Part shown: positions 1-11,954 of the stretch, in pieces
Numbering within the stretch: position 1 is the first letter of the stretch
How the letters are laid out: each line of letters begins with the position of its first letter
DNA from: Macrostomum hystrix
Taxonomy: Eukaryota; Animalia; Platyhelminthes
NCBI GenBank assembly: GCA_950097015.1
Contig: CATNEN010000001.1
Coordinates: 12,958,001 to 13,022,000 of the forward strand
Length of the DNA: 64,000 nt
Direction of reading: 5' to 3'
Made by a program: the position numbers and the translations under genes
The notes under the pieces: generated by a model
Databases searched by the model: none
Seen by the model: the letters and a program-made list of their open reading frames with translations, nothing else
Told to the model about the DNA's origin: nothing

Positions 1-1266
1 ATTCAAAATGTGACTTCGCCCTAGCACAACTGCCATGCGTTGCTGTGCCTGAGATAGTGTCGCACGCATGGATGGTGGCACACCAACCTGGGAATTTTCT
101 TCCTGAAGGCCAACAAGAAAGCACCAATCGATGTACTGTCTGATCTCCATCCTATTAAACACGTATAGGAGGGCATGCAAAGTAGGCCAATTAAAATCCG
201 TCGTCGCCTTAGCGATGACGATGTTACTGCATCTAGGGACCTGCAAAATGTACTGCCGCCATTTTGCCAGCATGCTGGACAGTTAAATCGTGCTGTGATG
301 ACACGTAATGACATCTAGTAAGGACGCTTGACAGATATCTCCCTGTGATGGCAAAACAAGTGCATAATGGTATATCGGCTTCTCTGGCAGGCCACCAGGC
401 CAGCTATTAATCGATGCACCGGTGGAATCGATGACAAGATTAATTGGCTGCTTTTCCAGCTTCATACTCAAGAGCGCTTCTGCTGCCATGCTCTTGTGGT
501 ACATGGCAAGCACTGCAAGTGATTCATGGCTAGTAAATTCAATGTACTGCACATAGTCATGAAGAGTTGGTGAACTTCGAATTTCCAGGAGCAAATTGTG
601 CACTGCATCTGCATCAGACGGGCTAGCCCTTTTCTTAGACTTACTGTGCTGTCGATCGTTACAAAGTGTTTTCTGCGAAGGCATATAACGAGGATCTTCC
701 TCGGATGTTGCGACTGAGGCCTGCAAAGCAGCGACAGACCCCGTTTGACACTTGGCTTTCAGTGCCGCACCTCGAACCTTGCAAGCTTTTGGAGCGTGGT
801 CCGCAGGCCTGCATATAATTCGTAACCGAATATCCATGCCACGGACGTTCAATTTCCATTGACCGGGACAATTAGATCGAATGGTGCTTTCTTCCCGAAG
901 TGTTGCAGAGCAGCCAAGTGTGTACTTTACAGAAGCTGTGCCGTCGAAGGAACTTCGTGCAATCACCAAGCTACATCCAGTTACAAAGCGATTTTGTACT
1001 TCCGTGAGTAAAGTGCAATTAAAGTCGCCGATGGCAGTACGTCTACTTGTAGCGTCTTGTCCTACACGGTCAATCGCCATCAATTTTTCATTTAAACTGT
1101 CAAATGTTGCGCAGATTGGCAACAGTGATTCTGCAGGATCCTCGGTTATTAGATGATTTCCACTTTCCGGTCTGTTTGGGCCCTCCTCCTCCTCACTCAC
1201 TCTGGATTCCTCAGCGTTTAGGTCTAAGATACTTTCCGTGAACGATTAAGAACGATTTCGTGCCAT
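1..1266 (-). pseudogene. NOF-like (MULE-superfamily) DDE transposase, copy 1; degenerate and truncated by the window edge
   Basis: ORF 283..1200 contains LVIDSTG...IYHYALV. Reading through the in-frame TAA at 283-285 gives TTDFNWPTLHALLYVFN...QYIDWC...LGRSHILN to base 1. There is an upstream ATG at 1266 with a second in-frame stop. Colinear with the copy at 18.8-21.3 kb. Confidence 0.65.
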
Positions 1267-1560
1267 GTAAAAATTCAAGCGTGTAGACTGAACCCCCTTT
1301 CCCGACTGAAGCTTTTCACTCGGGGACTAATCTATGGCTTCTAGCCATAGACAATACTACACTGTATAGTGGCAGTGGGGTAAGGCAATCCGCTGATGTA
1401 CGCTCGAAGCCAAATGTTAAGGCCATAGACTAAAAATCGAATGAAGTTTGACCATAGAGATATTTTTTAATTTCAAACACCAGAAGGAAATTTAATTCAC
1501 AACCTGTTTCCTCTTGTCCCTGTCCCTCTTTGTATATTCTATTCGAAACTGAAACTGAAA

Positions 1561-3255
1561 ATGAGCGAAGACTTCGATAGCCATTCAGATGCTAGTTGGT
1601 TTACTGCCGATGATGATTCTGTAGATGGATCTTTTGATCAGCTCTCCGGTGATGAAGAAAATCAAGGCAAACCTGACGGAAATTGTAACCTTGTTCAAGA
1701 AGGCACTGATTCTCGACCAGCACCACTGCCAGAGTTTCTTGGAGTGCCTGGAGTCCAGCCCGGGTTGCAGCTACCCGAAGTAGCCGATGGAAATGAGAGT
1801 GCTTTCATCAAGCTCTACTTGACAGACGAGTTGCTTGAAAACATAAAAACTTGGACGAGCTTAAAAGCATGGAACACGTACCATGAAAATTTAGATAATG
1901 GAACCGTCCCCAAATTTGTGCTTAGCTGGAAGGACTGCACTGTCGACGAGGTAAGAAAACTCATCGGAATCATGCTTCTGATGGGTCTTGATAAAAAGCC
2001 AGAAATATCCAGCTACTGGTCAAAAGATCCGGCCTTTCATTGTGCGTTTTTGGCCCAGCCATGCTCTCTATCTAGAGACAGGTTCAAGCAGATTTTGTCC
2101 TGCCTGCGCTTTTATGATTGTATGGACATTCCAAATCCACATGGGCCTCTAGCTAAGATGCATCCTTTTCTGCAGCAGGTGAAAGAGCTGTGCAGCACCA
2201 TCTATATGCCGCGTCAACGGCTCTCGATTGATGAGAGTCTTGTTCTGTACAAAGGAAGACTACAGTTCAAGCAGTACATTCCCACGAAGAGAAATAGATA
2301 CGGCAAAAAACTATACTGCCTGTGCGAATCTGAGTCCAGCTACTTGTGGAATTTTGAGATTCACTTATCTGCTGAGGCCAATCAGCATTTTGGCGATGGA
2401 CTTGGCTGCCAGAATTTATCGATGAGCGAGAGAGTTGTAGCTGCGCTTTGCCGAAATTTTCTTCATCTTGGTTACCACCTATTTACGGACAGCTGGTTCA
2501 CTTCTCTAAGATTGGTCGCCTGGCTGCTGCAGCGGGACACCTTGCTCACTGGCACAGTGCGCAAGAACCGTGGCATCCCTGGCTTGCTGCAGGCTACCAA
2601 TCCCAATCTGCAGCCAACTTCTGCTGCCTTCGCACGCTCTGGAAACGTATTGGCCTGCAAATATGTTGACAGAAAGCAAAGTGGAACAAGGACCATCTTC
2701 TTGTTGGACAGCGCTGGCTCGGCAGAATGCAGACAGATTCAGCGTGTTCGCCGTGGCGGTGGCGTGCAGGTTGTCCCTAAGCCAACAAGCATTTTAGCTT
2801 ACACTGCCAGTATGGGTGGCGTCGATCACCTGGACTCCGCTTTGCATCCGTACTTGGCCAATCGAAAAAGCATTCGCTGGTTCCACAAACTGGGTTTTCA
2901 TCTAATCCTTTTGCTAGTTCGAAATTCCTGGATTGTGTATCAACAGTCTGGCGGCAACAAAACATTTTTGAAGTTTTTAAGACTGGCAATCAAGACTTTG
3001 GTTGAGGACATGGGTGCTGCTCGGCAACGTGGAGCGACTCCTGGTAGGGTTCACGCAGGTGCTGCTGCGGTAACTGCAGCCGGAGCTCACTCGCCAAGCA
3101 GAGCGCCACTCCAAGGAGCTCAGCGCCCTCGTAAGCGTTGCCGAGTGTGTTACGCACAATGTCGAACAAAAAGGACTGTCATTATTTGCGCTGCCTGCGC
3201 TGGAGCTCCTGTGCTTTGCTTAGGTGCTTGCTTTGCCAGTTGGCATTCGAACTGA
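1561..3255 (+). CDS. piggyBac transposase (DDE_Tnp_1_7 / PGBD4-like), 564 aa, uninterrupted
   Basis: Acidic N-terminus; SRDRFKQI; SIDES, FTDSWF and MGGVDHLD catalytic motifs; KGRLQFKQYIPTK; C-terminal Cys-rich CRVC...CAAC...LC...CFASWH. Confidence 0.95.
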   Translation: MSEDFDSHSDASWFTADDDSVDGSFDQLSGDEENQGKPDGNCNLVQEGTDSRPAPLPEFLGVPGVQPGLQLPEVADGNESAFIKLYLTDELLENIKTWTSLKAWNTYHENLDNGTVPKFVLSWKDCTVDEVRKLIGIMLLMGLDKKPEISSYWSKDPAFHCAFLAQPCSLSRDRFKQILSCLRFYDCMDIPNPHGPLAKMHPFLQQVKELCSTIYMPRQRLSIDESLVLYKGRLQFKQYIPTKRNRYGKKLYCLCESESSYLWNFEIHLSAEANQHFGDGLGCQNLSMSERVVAALCRNFLHLGYHLFTDSWFTSLRLVAWLLQRDTLLTGTVRKNRGIPGLLQATNPNLQPTSAAFARSGNVLACKYVDRKQSGTRTIFLLDSAGSAECRQIQRVRRGGGVQVVPKPTSILAYTASMGGVDHLDSALHPYLANRKSIRWFHKLGFHLILLLVRNSWIVYQQSGGNKTFLKFLRLAIKTLVEDMGAARQRGATPGRVHAGAAAVTAAGAHSPSRAPLQGAQRPRKRCRVCYAQCRTKRTVIICAACAGAPVLCLGACFASWHSN

Positions 3256-3841
3256 CGTGCTGTTGTAGCGCACTCGTGCACTGACCCTTATACGCTCGTA
3301 TCACGTTTTTCCCCTGTTTTGAGGCTTGATCCCTTTTGCTCATTTAAGGTTGCAATATTCAACATCGTCCGCTTTTTTTAGACTCCGTTATCATTATCAC
3401 TCTCACTGATCTTGACCACACGGGCTTGGGTTTAGTAGCCATGAGATCACATGAAGATTTTAGATTAGATTGATAATATTGATGATTGATGGCAATATAA
3501 AATTGTCGTAAGAGTAAAGTAACTGACTATAATAAGTTTGTGCATGGACAAATAAATATTTCGCGAAATTTGGAGTTCGCAACAATAAAGAAATAATTTA
3601 AATTCTTTTTCATTTTATCGTAAACTGGTAACAAAACAGATAACGGGAAACACACTGTTGGTAACGACTCGTTACTACTATTTTCATTACCAGCCCTTGG
3701 GAACGCGGAAAAGTAACGTTGCCAAAAAGTAACGATCGTTACCAAATTGGTAACTCGTAGTGAGTAACGCGACCTACACTGCCACTTTGAAATGTTAAAC
3801 TTGTTAACTTACATATTCTTTTCTTTTATAAATATTGCCTA

Positions 3842-5138
3842 CCAGGGGCGTTCAATAAGTTTCCGGATGCACAGAAATGAAAAGCGTCAGAGGGAAGATA
3901 AATGTCAGGCCTTTTCGAAGTACTCTCCAGCAGCTTCGATGCACTTTCTCATCCTTTCAAACCAAGTTGCAAAGCAGACAGCCCACTCTGACTGAGGGAT
4001 GTCAAACAGGTGACTTTGGAAGGCCTCGACGGCCTGTTCCGGCGATGCAAATCGGACTCCCTTGAGCACGCGCTTGACTTGTGGGAACACAAAGAAGTCA
4101 CACGGCGCCAAGTCGGGGCTGTAGGGTGGGTGCTGAAGCAGTTGGACGCGATTCTGCTCCATGAACTCCACAGTTAGTCGCGCAGTGTGGGCCGGGGCGT
4201 TGTCCTGGTGGAGCAGCAACCCACGAGTCCTTGGGCGCTTCTCAGCGATGGATTGCAGCACCTGGGGCATACACTCGGTTACATACCAGCCCGCAGTCAC
4301 CGTCCGCTGTGTTACCAGCGGAATCATGGCTACGGGACCGCTGCGAGCCACAAAAACAGCCACCATCTGCTTGGCGACGCTTCACGACCGCACCAGCTTT
4401 AAAGGTGGCGGGCTGCCAATGGGGTCCACTGAGCCGACTGCTGCTTGCTCTCCGGGTCAAAACAGTACACCCAGGTCACCACTGACGATGTCCCAGGAGC
4501 TCGTTGATATTCCACCGTCGAATCTTTCGAGCATTGAATGGCACCAATCGATCCGGGCCTGTTTCTGCTCCTGGGTTAGGTGATGAGGCACCCAGCGTGC
4601 GGACACCTTGCTGAGGCCAAGCCTTTCATGTAGGATGGTTGAAGTGCTTCCCGATGAAATGCCCACAGCAGTGGCTAGCTGTTGCACTGTCAACCGCGGG
4701 TCTTCCTCAACCAGGGCGTGCACTGCAGCCACTGCTTCCTGAGTGGTCGAACTCGGGGGTCGTCCTTCGCGAGCCTCGTCTTCGAGCGACACTCGGCCCC
4801 GACGAAATTCGGCGAACCAGTCAAAGACGGTTGTTCTCGAGGGTGCAGTATCCCCGAAGGCTAGGCGAAGCCGTTCTAAGCTTTGCGACTGGTTCAGACC
4901 ACATTTGTAGTCGTAAAAAATCATCGCTCTCCAGTGGATGCGTGACAGTTCGATAATAGATACTTGAAGTTGGAGGTGATAGGTAACTTTGAAGTGAAGT
5001 TGTGAGATTCAGGTTTATTGTGTAATCATTATATTTTATGTCAAATCTCAGGAGATGTACATTTTTCATGTGAGTACATTTTGAGCAGCCTAGAGTGCGC
5101 TGGCTCTTATGGTCCGGAAACTTATTGAACGCCCCTCG
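3842..5138 (-). mobile_element. Mariner (DD34D-type) element, 1297 bp, with a pseudogenised transposase
   Basis: TIRs C(C/G)AGGGGCGTTCAATAAGTTTCCGGA at both ends; TA at 3840-41 and 5139-40. ORF pieces 4457..4924 (WVPHHL) and 3905..4366 (HQDNAPAH, YSPDLAPCD) are separated by frameshifts and a stop. Confidence 0.95.
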
Positions 5139-6162
5139 TACTTCATTGTCTTAGCAATAGCTTTGTATTGATTCCTATGATGAAAGTTTTCGTTGGTGTT
5201 CTTTTTCTTCCGCTTGTTTATACTCCATTTTTGTGTTTACCCCTGTTTGGACATATTTATTGCTAGTGATGTGAACTCTAGGCTAGGTCACAATGATAAA
5301 GCAGAAACAGTTTTGAAATTTTAGTTTCTGAAGTTATTGTTCCATGGCGCTGTAAAGTTTATTGTTAGCTCCTACATTATATATTAAATATGCTTTGCAC
5401 TGATACTGGGTATTAAAATATGACTCATACAGTCTGACCTATCAGCAATAGTTAGTTGGCATGGAATCGTTGAGTTGTATTGTTTTTTAAATAGATCAAT
5501 TATATTTCTGCTTGTTTTGGTATCAATGAAAGGTATGATAACTACACCAAATTAAAATCGTGTATGATTACTTACATTCAACAAATTAGCACAAAAATAC
5601 AAAATACATAAATAAAGTCTATACACTGGTCAAAAGTTTATGCCATATTATATGCTAAATTTCGTAATGCTATAAACTGCGCTTGGCTCGATATCGTGCC
5701 ATAACAGTCGGCAAGGGGTGTGCTTTTGATTTGAAGCCTTAAGACCATAGACCATTTACTTTTTAATTCGTCTGGAGCTAAGGTTGCGGCATGGCACGAA
5801 ATCGAGCCATCCGTCTTGTCACGGTCAAATATTTTTATTTCTCAAATCACATAAAAAAGAATAATTTTCCCGCAGAATCATTTCATTGCAGCATATTCGT
5901 GGGTCTGTTTGTAAAAAATATGAGAAAAAGTAGCTACTTTCGGTCTCAATAGGTCTCAATTACACAATTCATTTGACACTTGTCTACAGTGTATATTAAG
6001 AAAAATGTATACATAAATGCACTTTGATAATATATCGCCTTAGTGTGTTGTTGGCCAACACGCAGATTACAAATCACTGACACGATAGAAAAGATTATCG
6101 CTTTCACTACCCCTGCAGTACTATAGTAGCTTTCGAACTGAAAAAGCACGACATCTACTATA

Positions 6163-7274
6163 GCTTTTGTCAGGCCTGTGGGCATTCAAACTCAGCCCCA
6201 TCTTGCCACTGCGGTTTTTTTACTGAAGCTGCTAATTTTTACCATAGACATGCATTTTAAGACCATGCTATCTCAGCTTGGGACGAGCAATCTCAGCCAA
6301 CATATAAGTTCTATGTTATTCTATCTATAGTTTTGTTAACATTTTTAAACAGTCTATTTACAAGAGAAAAACTGGGTAACAGAAAACTGAGTATGGGATG
6401 GGATATACAGAGAAAACTTTGAAAATGGCAACCAGAGACGATCAGTTAACAGGCTATTTCAGTTCAGTTGAAATGTACCTCCTGGATGCATTGTGGGAAG
6501 CTCCGGTTGCAGTGAATTTCCCACCTGGCTACCTTTATTGGCGTCACAACTTGCAAAGAGTCTCGGCCCACTGGCTTCAGCAGAAAAATGCGCCATTCCG
6601 CGCAGGTGATTCCATCAGGTCGGCCATCAGCTTCTTCCTCCACCAGTGCGGGGTCAGCGAGCTGCAGCTTGATCGAAGCCTTCACTGAACTACGAGCCAT
6701 CTCACACGGGTTGAGAAACGGCGAGTAAGCTCCATCCAGAGCTCTGGCTATTGTCTTAATGGGGACCGGTGGCTTGTCTGGAAGCTGATCAGCGAGATTA
6801 GTCTGCAATGCTTTCAGTGTCGCCATCAGATTTTCATTTAAGAGGCCGATGAGCACTTGGCGCATCTCGTCGTCCAGCTTGCAAGCCAATCTTCCGGCCT
6901 CCGCGCTGAAGAGCATCGATCCGACCTGCAGCTTCAAAAGTGGCAATGATGTGGCGAGCGGTTTTCAATTTGATGCCAAGAATTGTAGCGGCTAGACCAA
7001 TATCCTGTAATTCCGTCCACGCGGAGATCAAGCGTCTTCTATCAACGTTGCTGGTTGCCCTCATTTTGGCGGAACAGCTTCAAATGTTAACAAAACTATA
7101 GACAGAATAACAGAACTTATATGTTGGCTGAGATTGCTCGTCCCAAGCTGAGATAGCATGGTCTTAAAATGCATGTCAACGGTAAAAATTAGCAGCTTCA
7201 GTAAAAAAAACCGCACTGACAAGATGGGCTGGCTAAGTTTGAATGCCCATTCGCTGAGATAGCCTGACAAAAGC
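6163..7274 (-). mobile_element. IS630/Tc1-like DNA transposon, internally deleted, with long (about 185 bp) TIRs
   Basis: 6163-6345 is the inverted copy of 7082-7274; TA at 6161-62 and 7275-76. An N-terminal HTH region (ORF 6834..7064, frameshifted) joins directly to YSPFLNPCE of the DDE C-terminus. Confidence 0.85.
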
Positions 7275-7989
7275 TAAATTAGCGCTGAGTGAACACACGT
7301 GCATATTGGTTTTAAAATTGTGCTAATTTTTGTTTAAAGCTGCAAACTAAAAAGGAAAATATTTTGTATACCTGTAGTCTTTCATGCACAATATCCTACA
7401 CACAAGAAGGATCTCACTTCCAGCTTTCTTTGCTTGGCTTCTCGAAGCACAGACAACCATGTGTGATGTGAAAAGTGCGACACCCTCATTTCACCTCGGT
7501 ATAACAACTGAAAATATTTTTTTCTCAGCCAAGCGGTTATGCACAAGAAAACGGTTATAACACATATATATGTCTGTTGATGTGTGCCATTTTATATATT
7601 TTTTTCTAACTAACTTTTTCCATAACTTTGGGGGGTGAAATGGCGGGGGGTGAATTCAGTACTTAGTTTGACAAAAATATGTTGTTGTTAAGAGGTTTGG
7701 GTCTAAGACCCGCAGGTCAGCCCTGGGAGGGGCTCTTCCGCTGTAGGTACTGTATATTTATTGGATACGATTGACGAAAAATATTTTACACGATAAAAAA
7801 ACGAATGAAAAATATTTTTTGGTATATTGAGTGCGCATGATTGGGATAAAAAATGGGTCCTCACAAAGATTAGGACATCAGGATAAAAGAGGAAATCTAA
7901 GACAAGCGCATAGTACATATGAATTTGCAAAGCCTAGCCAACCCCCAAATTGGTTAGGGTATCGCATTTTCGCATTTGTAATTTAGCAG

Positions 7990-8340
7990 AAAGATTAGAG
8001 CTTAGTAATTAGATTGATAGCTTTTGGCGCATCGCAAGGGGAGCAGCCTAGGTGAGTTATAGGTAGATTGAGATTGTAGTGCGTTTTTTTTCGCATTGGA
8101 GGGTTACAGAAAAATTGATGGAAAAAATTTATTTGAGAGTTTGTAGCTAGATTGGTAGTTCTGGCGCATCACACACAAGGGGAGCAGCCTAGGGTTTACA
8201 TTGGTAAATTGGTTTGACAGATTTACATTGGTAAATTGGTTTGACAGAAGAATTGATGGAAAAAAAGCTAGATTGATAGTCCTGGCGCATCACACACAAG
8301 GGGAGCAGCCTAGGGTTTACATTGGTGAATTGGTTTGGTT
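7990..8340. repeat. Imperfect tandem repeat, about 3 units of 120-145 bp
   Basis: Recurrent AGATTG(A/G)TAG...TGGCGCATC...CAAGGGGAGCAGCCTAGG at about 8010, 8150 and 8270. Confidence 0.7.
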
Positions 8341-9134
8341 TGGTTTGTGTCCGCAAAAACGACTCCGTATCGGAGGGCAAAGGGCATTGCAAATTTTTAG
8401 TAAAATAATCTAATGATCATTGAATTCTTAAAGTGATGCGAATTGGACTGGCAGGGCCTTGCAAACAAAAATATGTAGTGCGGCTGGAAATGTTCTGTTA
8501 AATTCGCACTAAATATTAAATTGTTGCTATACAGTAACTATAGCAATTGCCAATTACATTATTATGTTAAAGATTTGACATGATAATGATTTGACATCAT
8601 CATTATTACTGTTACTAGTAATTATTACTCATTATTACTATGAACCATTAGCACATTTTTCAAACCAATATTCGATTTGGTAGATTAGGCTTATACTCGT
8701 ATCATATTAGGCATCTGCCTATTTTGCTTGAAAAATGAGTAGATTATAAAGTGGAAAGTTATACAGGAATATCTACAAAACTATTTTTCATTCTAACTTT
8801 CATTGGCATATAAAGTTAGAACTTATCTGAATTTATTTTAATCATCCAATGCCAATGATTAATGAACAAGCTATGTCTAGTTATATTAAAAGGTATTTGA
8901 ATATACAAGTAAAAATTAAACATATATGAAGCATTAGCAATACACTATAAATAAATATAAATTATAAAATTATTCATTTGACTTCTCGTTTATTAGCAGA
9001 GTACAAATACTAGCTACTTCATGTGGCCTATTCTATCTTTTATCTTTATTTTATATGTAGAAGTCCAATTGCCTAAAGGTTAAAGATTATAGTCTTTTTA
9101 TGCCAGTCAATACAAGTAAACATATGTTTGGCTT

Positions 9135-10157
9135 TAGAGATGCCAAAAACCGGCCCTTTTTGAGAACGGGTTAACCGGTTTGAAAACCGCCTTTTATAAG
9201 AAAACCGGTCTTTAAAAACCGGTTTGTTTGCCAAGTTTTTAAAAAGCACTAAATAAGCATAGACGATAGAACTTATATACAATCGTGAATTTATTAAAGG
9301 TGTGTGTGCCGATTATTAATAATAAAAGTTTCTTGGAATTATTAATTTTAAATTTTTAATAGTTAGGTTTCGCGGAAATTGAATATCGCGTCAATTCAAA
9401 TTTTCCGTGGACTTTCTTCGGAATCGTTCCGTAGCCAATGCGAACTAAATGCGAAATAAAATAAAGACCCAATGCGAACTTAATATAAATTGAGATTTAG
9501 TTCGGATCAGTTCGTAACTAATTCGCGAACTCTTAATTTTGCTGAATAATAATAACTTTAAACTTAATGATGCACTGGTAGCAATGATTGATTCATTTGA
9601 TGATTTTGGCCAAGGCAAACTGGTCACAGTCTCGAAATGGCGGTACCCTGGGATGGTTAGATTAGAAACGGCGAACCCTTGATGTTTTTAGGTTTAGACT
9701 TAGATAGTTTTAGATTTGGCCCCAATTTAGATTTATACTTCAAGTTCAACTTAGATTTAATTTCAAGTTTAATTTTAAGTTTAATGTTTAATTTGAAAGG
9801 ACTTGGTAGCGCTGCCACCACGAAGTAAATTTAATTAACAAAACAACAATTACCATACTGACACTGAGTACTACTGAGTCCTGCGGACTCTGAGGTTTTT
9901 TCATATTCTTTTCAGGAATTCAGACAACAACTACAACTACGAATTACGATTATGAAGTTACAAAGTAACGATTTAGACAAATTTTGTTATTAGTTACTTT
10001 TCTCTAAAGTGCAAAAATTGTGACTCTGTGGGACATAATTAAAATAAAAAACCCATTAAAACCCGTCAAAAAACCGGACAAAAAAGTTTTTTAGAACCTG
10101 TTTTCCTGCTAAGAACCGGTTTTTTTAAACCGGTTTTAAAACCGGTTGGCATCCCTA
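9135..10157. mobile_element. Non-autonomous hAT-type element, 1023 bp
   Basis: TIRs TAGAGATGCCAA / TTGGCATCCCTA; subterminal AAACCGGTTT repeats; 8-bp TSD TTTGGCTT / TTTGGCAT (7/8 match). Confidence 0.85.
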
Positions 10158-10280
10158 TTTGGCATTGGTCTGCATGTCCATCTAAGCAATGGCATAGGTT
10201 TGGCATGTCCATCCAAGCGTTGGTATAGGTTTGGCATGGGTTTGGCATGTGTTTGGCATGTCTATCCAAGCAATGGCATT
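10158..10280 (+). repeat. TTTGGCATG/CCAAGCAATGG internally repetitive block (left arm of a possible Foldback-like element)
   Basis: Reverse complement of the 22000-22305 array. The motif also appears at 9121-9134, on the other side of the hAT insertion. Confidence 0.75.
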
Positions 10281-11089
10281 TTTCCCACTTGGTTTATAAT
10301 TTTTCTGTAGGCAATTGCATTGTTGCGATTTTTTAAATGTGAACAGTGTAGAGTTTTGTGAGCCACTTAAATAAGCCTTTCTCTTGGTATTTCAGATTGC
10401 CGTTACAAATTTGCTGCAGTCTACTTCCGCCACTTCCATGCCCCGTTGGTCCCACACGGCAGCTGTCCTTTCTAGCTCAGTGTCAGGAATCTCTGTCGTC
10501 GATGCTTGCTGCCGTTTATGCCAGTGCACTCGCGCCTTTGATTACACTGATGTTCGTGTTCGTTCATCTGATGGTTTTCGTCGCTGTGGTCGTGGAGCTT
10601 TTGCCGTTATTCAGGCAATCTCCGAACCCAGTAAATTCTTGTTTCTTCATGGTGTCCGTTCTGGTTACATCAGTGACACTACTCGGCAGAATGCGACCCA
10701 ATGGTTGCGATCAACAAAGAAGGTTGTAGCCTCATCGATGACTTAAATTCCTGAACCTCGCAATGACACATCATGAAGTCATCGTGTCAACGACTGCTAC
10801 TGCTGCGCAGTATGAGGCACTTTATTATGGAAGGAGATGCCCATTGTATTGTTATTATCTCCTCTGTAGTTAGTGTGCTCCAGAAGCTGGGAAAGAAGGG
10901 TCCTAGTTCGATTACGAGCTATCGACAGCATCGAATGCTAGTAAGGCCACGCACTGAAAAGCAGAAGCAACGACTGGTAACTTCCGGCCCCAGACTGCAT
11001 GAGGATGCGGCTGTCGGCTCAGGCGGAGATCTGCCGGAAGATCCGCAGAAGAGCTGCAGACTTTGATCCCTTATTTTCAGCGCAGGACC

Positions 11090-11954
11090 TGTGCAGTCGT
11101 TTGTCTGCACTAGCAGGTAGCCGATCGCAGCTGGAAGGTGTTGGGATAGCTTTCGCAAGCCTAATACTCCAGCATCTTCATTAACGACAGCATTGAATGC
11201 CTCCATATCAGCGTACGCAACAAACGGAGGAGAAATAGTTTTTTCTAGTAGTATTAAGGATTGAGTGACTCGATCTGGGACAAGGCATTGAGGCTTACGG
11301 GAAGAGCAATCCCATGCATCTTGAGCTCGTTCAGCCACGGTCTGTATGTAGACAAGGAGTGTGGAGATTTTCTGAGTTGCTCATCGCCTTGATGAAGAAC
11401 AGCCAAGAATGCATAGAGAAAACAGTTGTTTCCATCGCTCGGTAGATTGACCACGGCACGTTTGCTTTTCAGCGCCGTCGGCAAGGTGAATTTTGCGGCT
11501 CTTCTAGCATAGTAGCGCAGACGATCGCCTTGAGCAACGCAAAAATCGAAGAAGTTAATGCTCTGAACAACCCAACCACTGCCATTGGTGTTCATAAAGT
11601 CGCACACTTTCTCGCACGCCGACAAATGATGGTCCCAGCAGTCTGAAAAGTTGTCGATACTAAGTTCTTCGAGGCTGCTGCTGATCCATTGTCTTCCTTA
11701 GCCTGCAGCTGTCCAGCACGGACTCGTCTCATGCGAATGTTAAGGCGCAGCTGCGCACGCAGGATGATATTATGAGCTTCAGTAAGCTTCTGCTTGGAAA
11801 GAGCTTCAATCTCGCCCATGAATTGACGCACGATATCGAAGACGTCTAGTCGTTGCTCCTGCGGATTAGCACCGTGAACATCCAGCGTGCCATTGTGCGA
11901 GTCGGCATAAAGACGTAGTAGGTTGCCACCTGTAAATGATATTTTTGGCGGCAC
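11090..11954 (-). pseudogene. N-terminal fragment of a Polinton/Maverick/adintovirus-type protein-primed DNA polymerase B
   Basis: GSGWVVQSI...LPTALKSKRAVVNLPSDGNNCFLYAFLAVLH...GIALPVSLNALSQIESLN, followed by PFVAYADME...HLPAAIGY (exonuclease I motif). Split over three frames, with an apparent internal deletion. Confidence 0.75.

Larger units (their letters stand above)
1292..5719 (+). mobile_element. Possible full extent of the piggyBac element (degenerate TIRs), with the mariner nested inside
   Basis: Left ACCCCCTTTCCCGACTG (about 1292) and right CAGTCGGCAAGGGGT (5705-5719) form an imperfect inverted pair. Neither end has an intact TTAA. Confidence 0.35.

Noticed and set aside
283-285. Programmed stop readthrough in both NOF-like copies
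   Set aside because: The stops are at different aligned positions and of different types (TAA and TAG), and other lesions are present; ordinary decay is the simpler explanation.
3653-3781. GTAACG-rich MITE-like segment ending CCTACACTG
   Set aside because: TIRs are too degenerate and there is no TSD.
10358-11066. Plus-strand ORFs beside the left arm
   Set aside because: No recognisable motifs in any frame; cannot be called as genes.
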